Source: an uncultured Anaerolineales bacterium (GTDB lineage Bacteria > Chloroflexota > Anaerolineae > Anaerolineales > UBA4823). Taken from it: 64,000 bases of DNA. The notes beneath the pieces are model-generated. The model did not search any database. It was not told the origin of the DNA and saw nothing but the letters and a program-made list of their open reading frames with translations. Shown here piece by piece: positions 54,185 through 63,433 of this stretch (positions are counted from its first letter, which is position 1; each line of letters begins with the position of its first letter). The stretch is taken from positions 15,483-79,482 of the forward strand of contig CALFWB010000042.1 of NCBI GenBank assembly GCA_937928795.1, given 5' to 3'. Both the position numbers and the translations under genes were made by a program.

Positions 54185-54874
54185 ATGAGCGCTATCCATG
54201 AAATCAAAGTTGACCCTAAAGCCTTCGATAAGGACTACTTGTCACCCATCCATCGGGTGGGGACGATTTTCTCAACCGCTATTTTCTTTGCCCTATTTTT
54301 GCCCTCAATTTTTCTCTATCTATTTCATGGGGTCTTCCCCGATTGGCAAACGATCGTCGGCGGCTTTGCGCTTGCCATGACCTACGCTGTGCCGTTTTAC
54401 TTCAGTGAGCCAATCGCATATTTCCCAATTTTGGGGAATGCAGGCTGGTACTTGACCGGCACGGTGGGCAACGGCTCCAACTTGCGCGTGCCTTGTGCTG
54501 CTGTGGCTCAAGAAGTGGCTGGCGTCAAGGAAGGAACTCGCGAAGGCGAGCTGGTGGCTACAATCGGGGTAGCAACCTCCGTCTTAATCAGTATTCCAGC
54601 CATCTTGCTCGGCGCCTTGTTGATCAATTACATCCAACAGTTCTTCCCGCCGTGGTTGTTAGATGCCTTCAACAAGTATCTTCTCCCGGCAGTCTTTGGA
54701 GCGGTTTGGGGAGAATTTATCCTGCGCGGCTGGAAATATCTGCCCATCGCTGTGATCTTGGCTTATATTCCGATGGCCCTCAAAATCCCCGCAGCTTGGA
54801 ATATCATCATCTGCGTCCTCGGTACCATGATCGCCGGCTGGGCAATGTTGCGCTATTTCAAGATTAAGGCATAA
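54185..54874 (+). CDS. Integral membrane protein of unknown function, paired with the preceding gene
   Basis: 229 aa with about 6 TM helices. GGAGGAG RBS, 9-nt gap from the upstream gene. Confidence 0.65.
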   Translation: MSAIHEIKVDPKAFDKDYLSPIHRVGTIFSTAIFFALFLPSIFLYLFHGVFPDWQTIVGGFALAMTYAVPFYFSEPIAYFPILGNAGWYLTGTVGNGSNLRVPCAAVAQEVAGVKEGTREGELVATIGVATSVLISIPAILLGALLINYIQQFFPPWLLDAFNKYLLPAVFGAVWGEFILRGWKYLPIAVILAYIPMALKIPAAWNIIICVLGTMIAGWAMLRYFKIKA

Positions 54875-54954
54875 CTCCCTTTCCAGAGGAGAAGAGATTT
54901 TTCTCTTCTCCTCTACATTTGCACGAAAATAACGTGAGCTCCGGTTTGGAATTG

Positions 54955-55034
54955 GTCATTTTGACAAGTGCAGCGAGGAGAAATCTCGCCCTTTTGTCTA
55001 AAGATCAAAAAACTTCTCGCTTGGCTCCAAGTGA
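54955..55034 (-). repeat. Family D element, copy 3 (inverted)
   Basis: gtcattttgacaagtgcagcgaggagaaatc ... gacttctcgcttggctccaagtga-type halves. Confidence 0.75.
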
Positions 55035-55224
55035 CCTGCCGAGATGGTCAGCTTATTTCAACCCGCGTTCTCCGAGATTTTCCGTTCCAGTTTTACCAAT
55101 GAATGATCCGCTAAGGTTGCCCTGGGGAAATCGAGGACGGCAAGCTTATGCCAAACTCAGATTAGAATACCTTACAGGATGAGCATAAAGAATGAGCGTA
55201 ACCAACAGGAAGGAGCAAAATTGC

Positions 55225-56397
55225 ATGGAACTTCAACACATGTTTGCGCAAATCTCAGGCGCTGAAATTGCTCGCTTGACGAGCGACTTGGTGCGTTTTG
55301 ATACCACCAATCCGCCGGGCAATGAGCGCCCAGCGGTTGAATATATTGCTGATTACCTAAAGCCATTTGGTTTTGAATGCCACCTGATTGAGCACGAGCA
55401 ACAACGCGCCACGTTGCAAGCCCGCCTGAAAGGCAGCGGCGAGCGCGGAGCGCTTGTCCTAAATGGGCATGTAGATGTCGTCCCAGTGGGGGCAGGGAGT
55501 TGGCAATATCCGCCGTTTGAGGGAGTCATCGAGGACGGCAAGGTTTGGGGGCGCGGCTCGGCGGACATGAAAGGTGGCGTTGCCGCCATGATAGTGGCTG
55601 CCAAAGCCGTTGCTCAAGCCAAACTGCCTTTGAAAGGCGATCTAATCCTTGCAGCAACCGCCGGTGAAGAGGTCAACATGCTAGGCGCACGCTCTCTAGC
55701 CGGGCTACCCGATGCAAGAAACTGGCAAGCGGTGATCATCTCGGAACCCACCTCCAATCGCCTAGGGCTGGCGGAGCGAGGCGTCTTTTGGCCCGAAATC
55801 ACGACCTATGGCAAGACCGCACACGGCTCAACGCCAGAGCTGGGGGTCAATGCCGTGATGATGATGGTGAAAGTGTTGAGTGAATTGGAAAAACTGGAAA
55901 TCCCTTTTCAGCCACACCCTGTGCTGGGCAATTTCACTCGCAGCGTGAACACGATTCAAGGTGGGGTCAAGGTGAATGTTGTCCCTGACCAATGCTCGGT
56001 CATGGTGGACATGCGCACCCTGCCGGGGCAAGACCATGCTGAGCTTTTGCGCTTGTTAGAGGCTTTCCTTGCCCGCTTAGAAGGCGAAATCCCTAACCTT
56101 AAAGCTTCCATCCGCCTAACCTACGAACTACCCCCCGCCGAGACATCCCAAAATGCGGAAGCCGTGCAGAAATTCCTATCTGCCGCAAAAACCCATTGCA
56201 CAACGGAGATACCGATTATCAAAGTGCCTTTTGCTACCGAAGCAGCGGTTTTTGTGCCGACCTTAGGTGTGCCAACTCTGATTCTCGGACCTGGCGACCC
56301 CGCCCTTGCCCATCAACCCAACGAGTTCATTGAAGTTATCGAGATGGAGAAAGCTGCCAAGCTCTATGCGGCTGCTGCAGTAGAGATGCTATCCTAA
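55225..56397 (+). CDS. M20-family metallohydrolase (ArgE/DapE/ACY1-like)
   Basis: Motifs LNGHVDVVP, GRGSADMKGG and AGEE. Start at ATG 55225, 9 nt after GGAAGGAG. An alternative in-frame ATG lies at 55192. Confidence 0.88.
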   Translation: MELQHMFAQISGAEIARLTSDLVRFDTTNPPGNERPAVEYIADYLKPFGFECHLIEHEQQRATLQARLKGSGERGALVLNGHVDVVPVGAGSWQYPPFEGVIEDGKVWGRGSADMKGGVAAMIVAAKAVAQAKLPLKGDLILAATAGEEVNMLGARSLAGLPDARNWQAVIISEPTSNRLGLAERGVFWPEITTYGKTAHGSTPELGVNAVMMMVKVLSELEKLEIPFQPHPVLGNFTRSVNTIQGGVKVNVVPDQCSVMVDMRTLPGQDHAELLRLLEAFLARLEGEIPNLKASIRLTYELPPAETSQNAEAVQKFLSAAKTHCTTEIPIIKVPFATEAAVFVPTLGVPTLILGPGDPALAHQPNEFIEVIEMEKAAKLYAAAAVEMLS

Positions 56398-56458
56398 TGC
56401 AAATCTGACCGTTTATTTTTTATCCACAGATTTGGCAGATTTTTTGACTTATTCCGTC

Positions 56459-56483
56459 AAATCTGCGTCATCTGCGGATTTTT
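56459..56483 (+). repeat. Family E short repeat, copy 2
   Basis: aaatctgcgtcatctgcggattttt. A related inverted cagattt..cagatttttt segment lies at 56426-56446. Confidence 0.65.
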
Positions 56484-56526
56484 CCGGCCAGCTGAAGTTA
56501 TTCATTAGGAGCTTTTGGAAAGGTTG

Positions 56527-56553
56527 CCCCGGCGCTCAACGAGAGCGCCGGGG
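56527..56553. terminator. GC-rich hairpin between convergent genes (possible bidirectional terminator)
   Basis: ccccggcgctc-aacga-gagcgccgggg, an 11-bp perfect stem with weak U-tracts on both strands. Confidence 0.5.
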
Positions 56554-56587
56554 TTAGGGAGGAGGAGAAGGAGGAGAGAGGATTGGA

Positions 56588-57946
56588 TTATTCTGGCAGC
56601 AAAACCGTGTCTATGACGTGAATAATCCCATTTTTAGCCACAATATCGACGATGATGACCTGAGCGTTGTTAATAAACACCTTACCATCTTCTACTTTAA
56701 TGGTGACGGGCTTCCCCAAGACCGTATCAGCGCTGGTCAGCGTGATCACCTGCTCGGATTTAACTGACCCCGCAACCACGTGGTAGAGCAAGATATTCTT
56801 GAGAGTGGGGATGTCTTTGAGCAAGCCTTCTACCGTGCCGGCAGGTAACTTGGCAAAGGCATCGTCAGTTGGAGCGAAGACGGTAAAGGGACCTTCACCC
56901 TGGAGGGTTTCGACCAAATTGGCAGCCTGGAGCGCAGCGGCGAGGGTTGTGAAACGCCCGTCGTTGATAGCAACATCTACAATGGTCTTGCCCGGCAGGA
57001 TAACCGTGTCGATGACATGGATGACACCATTAGCAGCTTCGATGTCGGTTAGCACGATCTGGGCTTCGTTGATATAGGCTTTGCCATCTTCAACTTTGAT
57101 GCGCACCGACTCGCCTTGAGCCGTATTTAGGTAGTCAACTGCAGTTACATCAGCCGCCATCAACTTACCCGGCACAACGTGGTAAAGCAAGATGCTAGAT
57201 AGCTGCGGGATGTCCTGAAGAAGAGCTTCTACGGTGCCGGCGGGTAGCTTAGCAAAGGCATCATCGGTCGGTGCAAAGACGGTGAACGGACCTTCGCCGT
57301 TTAATGTATCCACTAAGCCAGCCGCTTCCACCGCAGCGAGCAAGGTCGTAAAGCGACCATCTTTCACGGCAATGTCAACGATGGTTTCCTTTTGGGGCGG
57401 AAGCAACACAGAGTCAATGACGTGAATGACACCATTGGAGGCTTCGATGTCAGCAAGCACCACTTGACTGTCATTGATCATCAATTTGCCCATGTCTGCC
57501 TTGATGGTAACTTTCTCGCCGTTTAGCATTTCGGCTTCGGAAAGGGATTTTGCCTGATCGGACATGACCATGCCGGAAACCACGTGATAGAGAAGCACAT
57601 TTTTGAGCTGTTCGGGGTCTGCCAACAAAGCTTCAACGGTTCCAGCGGGCAGCTTAGCAAAGGCTTCATCGGTGGGGGCGAAGACGGTGAAGGGACCAGG
57701 GCCAGCTAGGGTTTCGGCTAAGCCGGCAGCTTGCACAGCTTGGACCAAGGTATTGAAACGCCCATCGGCGATGGCAATATCAACGATGGTCTTTGGGGCT
57801 TCGGTCGGCTCTGGCGTTGGAGTGGCCGTTGGTTGGGGCATTGGAGTGGACGTGGGTTCCGGCATCGGCGTTGCTGCCGGAGCGCAGGCGGCTAAAACGA
57901 GGCTAAGAACGATGAGGGAAGCAAGAAGGGACGATATTTTTTTCAT
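56588..57946 (-). CDS. Secreted lipoprotein with three tandem fasciclin (FAS1) domains
   Basis: 452 aa. Signal plus lipobox LAAC and a Pro/Thr linker. [23 protein letters not shown] occurs three times. Confidence 0.9.
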   Translation of the reverse strand: MKKISSLLASLIVLSLVLAACAPAATPMPEPTSTPMPQPTATPTPEPTEAPKTIVDIAIADGRFNTLVQAVQAAGLAETLAGPGPFTVFAPTDEAFAKLPAGTVEALLADPEQLKNVLLYHVVSGMVMSDQAKSLSEAEMLNGEKVTIKADMGKLMINDSQVVLADIEASNGVIHVIDSVLLPPQKETIVDIAVKDGRFTTLLAAVEAAGLVDTLNGEGPFTVFAPTDDAFAKLPAGTVEALLQDIPQLSSILLYHVVPGKLMAADVTAVDYLNTAQGESVRIKVEDGKAYINEAQIVLTDIEAANGVIHVIDTVILPGKTIVDVAINDGRFTTLAAALQAANLVETLQGEGPFTVFAPTDDAFAKLPAGTVEGLLKDIPTLKNILLYHVVAGSVKSEQVITLTSADTVLGKPVTIKVEDGKVFINNAQVIIVDIVAKNGIIHVIDTVLLPE

Positions 57947-58486
57947 AGTAAACTCCTTTTCTGCATTTGTAAAGTTTTTGTCTAGCTATTTTCAAATTAT
58001 ACATAAATACTCTAGTTTGTCAAGGTTTTGTTAGGTTAATTTTCTGAAATTGTTGAGATTCTTAATCGTTTTGGGTAATTCTCCACTCTGTCGGTGTTAC
58101 ACAACGTTGCTTTTCCCTCATCCCAGACCCTCTTCCTGAGGCTGCTTATATCTTCAGGAAAAGAGGATCAACCACCAAAACACGAGGACACCAAGGACGC
58201 TCAGTGGGAAATCCTCGGCAACAAACGGTTGCCTACTCTCGTGTTTTTTGTGTTACGATAAGTGAAAATCAGGAGTTAAGGTGCTTGGTCGGAATGATGA
58301 AGAAATTCGTCTCGTCCGTCTTGAACACACCTTTTGGACTTGGTCAGCTCATTGAAACTCTTTCACACACAAGCACACTCTGTTGTTCATCCCTATGCTT
58401 ATCATCACCGAAGAACCATTGCAAGAAGGGTTCAGGCTGCTCGACCAAGCCTTGCAAATTTCTGACTTAGCTCTCAAACGTTTATC

Positions 58487-59902
58487 ATGAGCACTGTCCC
58501 TATCCCCCCACTCTTTCTTGAACGTATGCGAGTCTGGTTGGGAGAGGAATTCCCAGCTTTCCTATCTGCCCTCAACCAGCCTCCTCAAAGTGGTTTGCGC
58601 GTCAACACCCTCAAAATCTCAATAACCGATTTTTTGGAAAAATCTCGCTTTGATCTCCACCCCATCCCTTGGTGCCCGGAAGGCTTTTTTGTCAGTGGCG
58701 AAGGGCGGCCGGGTAAGCATCCTTATCATGCTGCCGGGCTATATTACCTTCAAGAACCCTCAGCCATGGCAGTGGTTGAGTTGCTCGATCCTCAACCCGG
58801 CGAGAATGTCCTTGATTTAGCCGCCGCTCCGGGTGGGAAAGCCACTCACATCGCCGCTCGTTTACAAGAACAAGGCTTGCTTGTAGCAAATGATCTCCAT
58901 TCGCAACGGGCTTGGGATTTGGTTAAGAACCTGGAACGTTGGGGGGCAAAAAATGTGATTGTGACCAACGAAACCCCTTATCGGTTAGCAGAACAGTGGG
59001 GGGCTTTCTTTGACCGCGTTCTCTTGGACGCTCCGTGTTCCGGTGAGGGGATGTTTCGGCGTAGTCTTGAAGCGCGCTTGGATTGGTCGCCGGAGATCGT
59101 GCGCGCTTGCGCCCTGCGGCAGAGCGGTTTGTTGCCGCAGGCAGCCCGCCTAGTTCGTCCAGGCGGACGTTTGGTTTATTCCACCTGCACCTTTGCCCCG
59201 GAAGAAAACGAGGCAGTGGTCAGCCGCTTTCTGCAAGAGCATAGAGAGTTCGAGTTAGTAGAGCTAAAGACCCGCCTGCCCTTTGAGCCAGCCCACCCTG
59301 AGTGGTTGGCGATCGAATCTGACTTGTCTGACTGGCACGGCATGGTTCGCCTGTTCCCTCATCGAGGTCATCCAGAAGGGCACTTTATCGCCGTTATGCG
59401 CCGCCGCAGCGGCGGTGAATGGCGTGATGTGCGTCCCTTTCAAATTCGTTCGCTCTCCCCTGCCCAACGCCGTGAAGTGCATGGCTGGCTCGCTTCGCTG
59501 TGCACGGCAGAGATTGACCCCTTGCGCTTGACCCTTATTGGGTCTCGTCTGTATTTTATCCCCCCTGCTGCAATCGACTTGGGGCGCCTGCGGACAATCC
59601 TGCCCGGTTGGTTCCTAGGAGAATTCAAAAAAGGACGCATCGAACCTTCTCATGCTTTCCTTTTGGCTCTAAAAGGAGAGCAGTTGCCGCTCAAACTCAA
59701 CCTCACTGCTGAGCACCCCGCTCTCCCTGCATATCTCAGGGGCGATCTCTTGCACCAGGGGCTCTTCTCGGAGAGCGAAGCAGCCATCTTTGCCCACAAA
59801 GGTTGGCTGGCGATTTGTGTGGATGGTTATCCGTTAGGTTGGGGAAGGATAGTGGAAAAAACCATCAAGAACCATTTTCCCAAAGCTCATCGTCTGCTCT
59901 AG
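58487..59902 (+). CDS. RsmB/RsmF-type (NOL1/NOP2/Sun) RNA m5C methyltransferase
   Basis: 471 aa with LDLAAAPGGKATHIA, DAPCSGEGMFRR and YSTCTF motifs. Confidence 0.9.
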   Translation: MSTVPIPPLFLERMRVWLGEEFPAFLSALNQPPQSGLRVNTLKISITDFLEKSRFDLHPIPWCPEGFFVSGEGRPGKHPYHAAGLYYLQEPSAMAVVELLDPQPGENVLDLAAAPGGKATHIAARLQEQGLLVANDLHSQRAWDLVKNLERWGAKNVIVTNETPYRLAEQWGAFFDRVLLDAPCSGEGMFRRSLEARLDWSPEIVRACALRQSGLLPQAARLVRPGGRLVYSTCTFAPEENEAVVSRFLQEHREFELVELKTRLPFEPAHPEWLAIESDLSDWHGMVRLFPHRGHPEGHFIAVMRRRSGGEWRDVRPFQIRSLSPAQRREVHGWLASLCTAEIDPLRLTLIGSRLYFIPPAAIDLGRLRTILPGWFLGEFKKGRIEPSHAFLLALKGEQLPLKLNLTAEHPALPAYLRGDLLHQGLFSESEAAIFAHKGWLAICVDGYPLGWGRIVEKTIKNHFPKAHRLL

Positions 59903-59978
59903 CGTTGCTATTTGAGCTAGTTGAGCTAAGCGTCAGCCCGGATCGAGCGCGGGTGCTGACTCAACCAACTTGGAACGT

Positions 59979-60017
59979 CCCCTCACCCCCGGCCCTTCTT
60001 CCAGCGGGAGAGGGGAG
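59979..60017. repeat. Family B GC-rich hairpin repeat
   Basis: cccctcacccccggcccttcttccagcgggagaggggag. Confidence 0.8.
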
Positions 60018-60054
60018 ACTCTCCTTCGCTTTTTGAAAGAAAGGCTGGGGAGTA

Positions 60055-60129
60055 TCCACGCAAAAGTTGTAGGACAACTCAATGATTTGTCCTACAAAGC
60101 AATGTTGCCAACAACTTTTGAGTGCACAC
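60055..60129 (+). repeat. Family A palindromic element, copy 4
   Basis: tccacgcaaaagttgtaggacaactcaatgatttgtcctacaaagcaatgttgccaacaacttttgagtgcacac. Confidence 0.9.
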
Positions 60130-60382
60130 GGCTGGGGATGTAAGGAAGAAAACAAACCGGTTTCTCCGAGGTCGATCTGGCTGTTATATATGTCGCTTGA
60201 GTTCGGGATAAGCCTTTGAGCCCTGCAGATGCGCAAAATATGTGATGCAAATTTCCGATTTGCCTGGCAAGTCGAAGACGCAGCCTATCCTTTCTGTTAT
60301 GCCGAGCTGACGTCAATATGAACTTGTTGAAAAGCCCTAACCACAAACCACAGCCCACAGCCGCTATCTTGGCGCTTCTCTA

Positions 60383-60391
60383 TGCTATAAT
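60383..60391 (+). promoter_or_regulatory. Extended -10 promoter (TGcTATAAT) about 215 nt upstream of the UbiD-family gene
   Basis: ctctatgctataatgacg. Confidence 0.45.
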
Positions 60392-60608
60392 GACGCTATT
60401 CTGTGAGCAAGATCAATGACCGGCCTACTCCCCTTGCGTCTTATCAGGGCGAGCAACGCCTCGGCGTGAGGTGGCTTTCTGAAGGCTGCCATTAGAAGAC
60501 CATTTCTCCTCAGCATGATCGACCTAGCTATCGGTCTTGATGCAGCCGATGACTTAATCGCTTGGCCATCCCTGTCGAGACGGTGTAGGCAGTGACGAGG
60601 AAGAACAG

Positions 60609-62075
60609 ATGGCATTTCGCGACCTAAGAGAATTCATTCAAGCCCTCGAAGAACACCACGAATTGGTGCGCGTTCGTGTAGCGGTCTCTGCGAATTTGGA
60701 GATCACTGAGATCGTTGATCGCGTTTGCAAGGGGAGAGCAAAGCGCAATGTAGCCCTCTTGTTTGAGAAGGTCGAGGGCTACGATGTTCCGGTGCTGATC
60801 AACGCCTTTGGCTCAGCGGAACGGATGGCTCTGGCTTTGGGAGTGAAAAACTTGGACGAACTCGGGCAAAATTTGAGCAAGCTAATCGACCCGCGTTTGC
60901 CCACTTCGCTTGCTGAGATGCTCGCGCGCGGTCAAGACTTGCTCAAAGCGCTAAAGTCGATTGGTTTAGGCCCAAAGAAAGTCCGCCGTGCGCCGGTGCA
61001 GCAGGTGATCTGGCAGGATGAACAAGCCTCCTTAGCTAAACTTCCGATCTTGAAATGTTGGCCCGAGGATGGAGGGGCTTTTATCACGCTCCCCCAAGTC
61101 ATCACCCGTGACCCGCAAAGCGGGGTGCGCAATGTCGGGATGTACCGCTTGCAAGTGGTGGATGATCACACCTTGCTGGTGCACTGGCAGCGGCACAAGG
61201 GCGGGGCAGAACATCAGCGCGTTGCCCAAGCTCACCACAAGGATTACATCCCTGCTGCGGTGGTCTTAGGCGGCGATCCAGCCAGCATGTGGTGTGCTTC
61301 GGCGCCTTTGCCACCCAACATCGACGAATATCTGCTGGCAGCCTATTTGCGGGGGGCACCCATTGAATTTGTGAATTGTGTCAGCCAGCCGCTGGAAGTT
61401 CCCGCACAGGCCGAGATCGTCATTGAAGGCTATATTGATCCCAACGATCAACGCCCTGAAGGGCCGTTTGGCGATCACACCGGCTATTACACGCCGGTTG
61501 AATATTTCCCGGCTTTCCATGTCACTGCCATCACCCAACGGCGTAACCCCATTTATCCCGCCACGGTGGTTGGCATCCCGCCCATGGAGGATGTCTGGAT
61601 GGGCAAAGCGACCGAGCGGTTGTTTTTGCCCTTGATGCGCCTCTTCTTGCCGGAGATCGTTGATGTGTGTATGCCCGCCGAAGGCGTCTTTCACAACCTA
61701 GTGCTGGTTTCTATCCGCAAGCGCTATCCCGGCCACGCCCGCAAAGTGATCTTCGGCCTGTGGGGCTTAGCGCTGATGTCCCTAGCCAAGGCAATTGTGG
61801 TCGTGGATGAATGGGTGGATGTGCAAAACCTCTCTCAAGTTGCCTGGCAGGCTTTGGGCAACGTGGATTGGAGCCGCGATGCTATTATCGTTGACGGAGC
61901 GGTTGATCATCTTGATCATGCCTCCTATCAGCACTCGTTTGGCGGTAAAATCGGTATTGATGCCACTGCAAAACTGCCCGAAGAGGGCTACGGGCGCGCC
62001 TGGCCTCAAGTGATCCGCATGGATCAGGCTGTGCAAGCCCGCATTGACCAAATTTGGAAGCAACTCAACCTTTAG
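60609..62075 (+). CDS. UbiD-family (prFMN-dependent) decarboxylase
   Basis: 488 aa with an N-terminus FRDLREFIQALEEHHELVRV, plus typical UbiD blocks (GMYRLQV.., HWQRHKGG, GPFGDHTGYY). Confidence 0.92.
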   Translation: MAFRDLREFIQALEEHHELVRVRVAVSANLEITEIVDRVCKGRAKRNVALLFEKVEGYDVPVLINAFGSAERMALALGVKNLDELGQNLSKLIDPRLPTSLAEMLARGQDLLKALKSIGLGPKKVRRAPVQQVIWQDEQASLAKLPILKCWPEDGGAFITLPQVITRDPQSGVRNVGMYRLQVVDDHTLLVHWQRHKGGAEHQRVAQAHHKDYIPAAVVLGGDPASMWCASAPLPPNIDEYLLAAYLRGAPIEFVNCVSQPLEVPAQAEIVIEGYIDPNDQRPEGPFGDHTGYYTPVEYFPAFHVTAITQRRNPIYPATVVGIPPMEDVWMGKATERLFLPLMRLFLPEIVDVCMPAEGVFHNLVLVSIRKRYPGHARKVIFGLWGLALMSLAKAIVVVDEWVDVQNLSQVAWQALGNVDWSRDAIIVDGAVDHLDHASYQHSFGGKIGIDATAKLPEEGYGRAWPQVIRMDQAVQARIDQIWKQLNL

Positions 62076-62083
62076 GTGAAGAA

Positions 62084-63256
62084 ATGAAAAGAAGACTGAT
62101 AATTTCCTCTTGGCTATTGGTTCTATTAACCTTAATCGCCGCTTGCGCATCTGAAACGCCAAATCAACCCCATGCGCCAGCCGAAACCAGCAGTGTTGCC
62201 ATTCCGGTGCTCTCGGGTGAAAGCCAACCTTCTGGCGAGGCTTATCCTAGCCCGGCAGAGGCGTTCCAACCAACTGCTCTCGGCGAGGAGCCTTATCCGG
62301 CGCCGAGTTCTCCCATCGTTCCGCCGCCTCAAGCCGGCCCCGCCTATCCGGCACCGGGCGAGTTAGTTCCCGAAGGGCAGGGAGGCGGCGAGACTCTGCG
62401 CATGGCGGTTCTGCCCATCGTGGATAATTTGCCTATGGTTGTCGCCCAACGCGAAGGGCTTTTCGCCAAATACGGCTTGCAAGTGGAGTTTATCCCGGTC
62501 GCCTCCGCAGCCGAGCGCGATCAGGTCATCGTAGCAGGTCAGGCGGATGGGATGATCAACGACATCATCTCAACCTTGTTGTATAACAAAGACAGCATCC
62601 AGGTTCAAATTGTGCGTTTTGCCCGCGTTGCCACCCCCGAAGCAGCCCAGTATCACTTGGTCGTTTCCGCCTCAAGCGGCATCAATGAAACAAGTCAGCT
62701 CAAGGGAGTACCAATTGGCATCTCACAAGGGACGATCATCGAATATATCACCGATCGTCTGCTAGAAAGGGAGGGATTTCAACCGTCAGAAATCCAGAAG
62801 ATGGCCGTGCCGAAAATCCCTGACCGTCTGGCTCTGCTCAGCTCTGGAGAGCTGAAAGCTGCAACTTTGCCAGACCCCTTCTCCTACTTAGCCGTGCAGC
62901 AGGGCGGGCGCTTCTTGCTCCAAGACTCAAAATATCCCGAATATGGCCACAGCACCTATGCGTTTCGCAAAGCTGTAATCGATCAAAAGCCGCAAGCGAT
63001 TCGAGCATTTTTAGCGGCTATCGAAGAAGCGGTGGTGCAGATCAACCTCTCTCCCACCCAATATGCTAATCTGTTGGTGGAAGAAAAATTGATCCCGGCT
63101 CCCTTAGCGGGCAGCTATCAAACGCCACCCTTCCCGCCGAAAAGCATCCCCGCTGAACAGTTGTGGAATGATGCGCTGGCGTGGGCTATGTCAAGAGGGA
63201 TGGTATCGGCTACGGTTTCATACGCCGACTCGGTGAGTGGTGCTTTCTTACCCTGA
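62084..63256 (+). CDS. NitT/TauT-family (NMT1/THI5-like) ABC substrate-binding lipoprotein with a long Pro/Ser/Glu linker
   Basis: Start at MKRRLIISSWLLVLLTLIAACAS (lipobox). About 90 aa of low complexity, then an SsuA/NMT1-like fold. Starts 8 nt after the UbiD stop. Confidence 0.82.
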   Translation: MKRRLIISSWLLVLLTLIAACASETPNQPHAPAETSSVAIPVLSGESQPSGEAYPSPAEAFQPTALGEEPYPAPSSPIVPPPQAGPAYPAPGELVPEGQGGGETLRMAVLPIVDNLPMVVAQREGLFAKYGLQVEFIPVASAAERDQVIVAGQADGMINDIISTLLYNKDSIQVQIVRFARVATPEAAQYHLVVSASSGINETSQLKGVPIGISQGTIIEYITDRLLEREGFQPSEIQKMAVPKIPDRLALLSSGELKAATLPDPFSYLAVQQGGRFLLQDSKYPEYGHSTYAFRKAVIDQKPQAIRAFLAAIEEAVVQINLSPTQYANLLVEEKLIPAPLAGSYQTPPFPPKSIPAEQLWNDALAWAMSRGMVSATVSYADSVSGAFLP

Positions 63257-63433
63257 AGTCTTGACCCATTCAGGTAACCGCACCTGCAAGCTCTGAGGGT
63301 GCTTAGAAAGTCAGGATAAGGTGATAAAACACCAAGTCACAGAGTTGCCTTTGGGATGATTTTCTTAGCACCCTCACAATCGGATTAAAGAAGCACCTCC
63401 ATCTTCTCAAGATGACTGTTTTCCCAGATCGGT

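Noticed and set aside
54919-55182. 87-aa ORF (..VILTSAARRNLA..)
   Set aside because: It overlaps the family D inverted-repeat element. The same pseudo-peptide (ISTSAARRNL) appears from the copy at 39316. It is not a gene.
58204-58470. 88-aa ORF upstream of the rsmF-like gene
   Set aside because: Cys/Ser-rich odd composition, no RBS and no recognisable domain. The region is better viewed as a promoter/leader.
60385-60615. 76-aa minus-strand ORF, plus 59961-60236 and 60092-60358
   Set aside because: They are Arg-rich, overlap the family A repeat or the UbiD leader, and have no RBS or domain signature.
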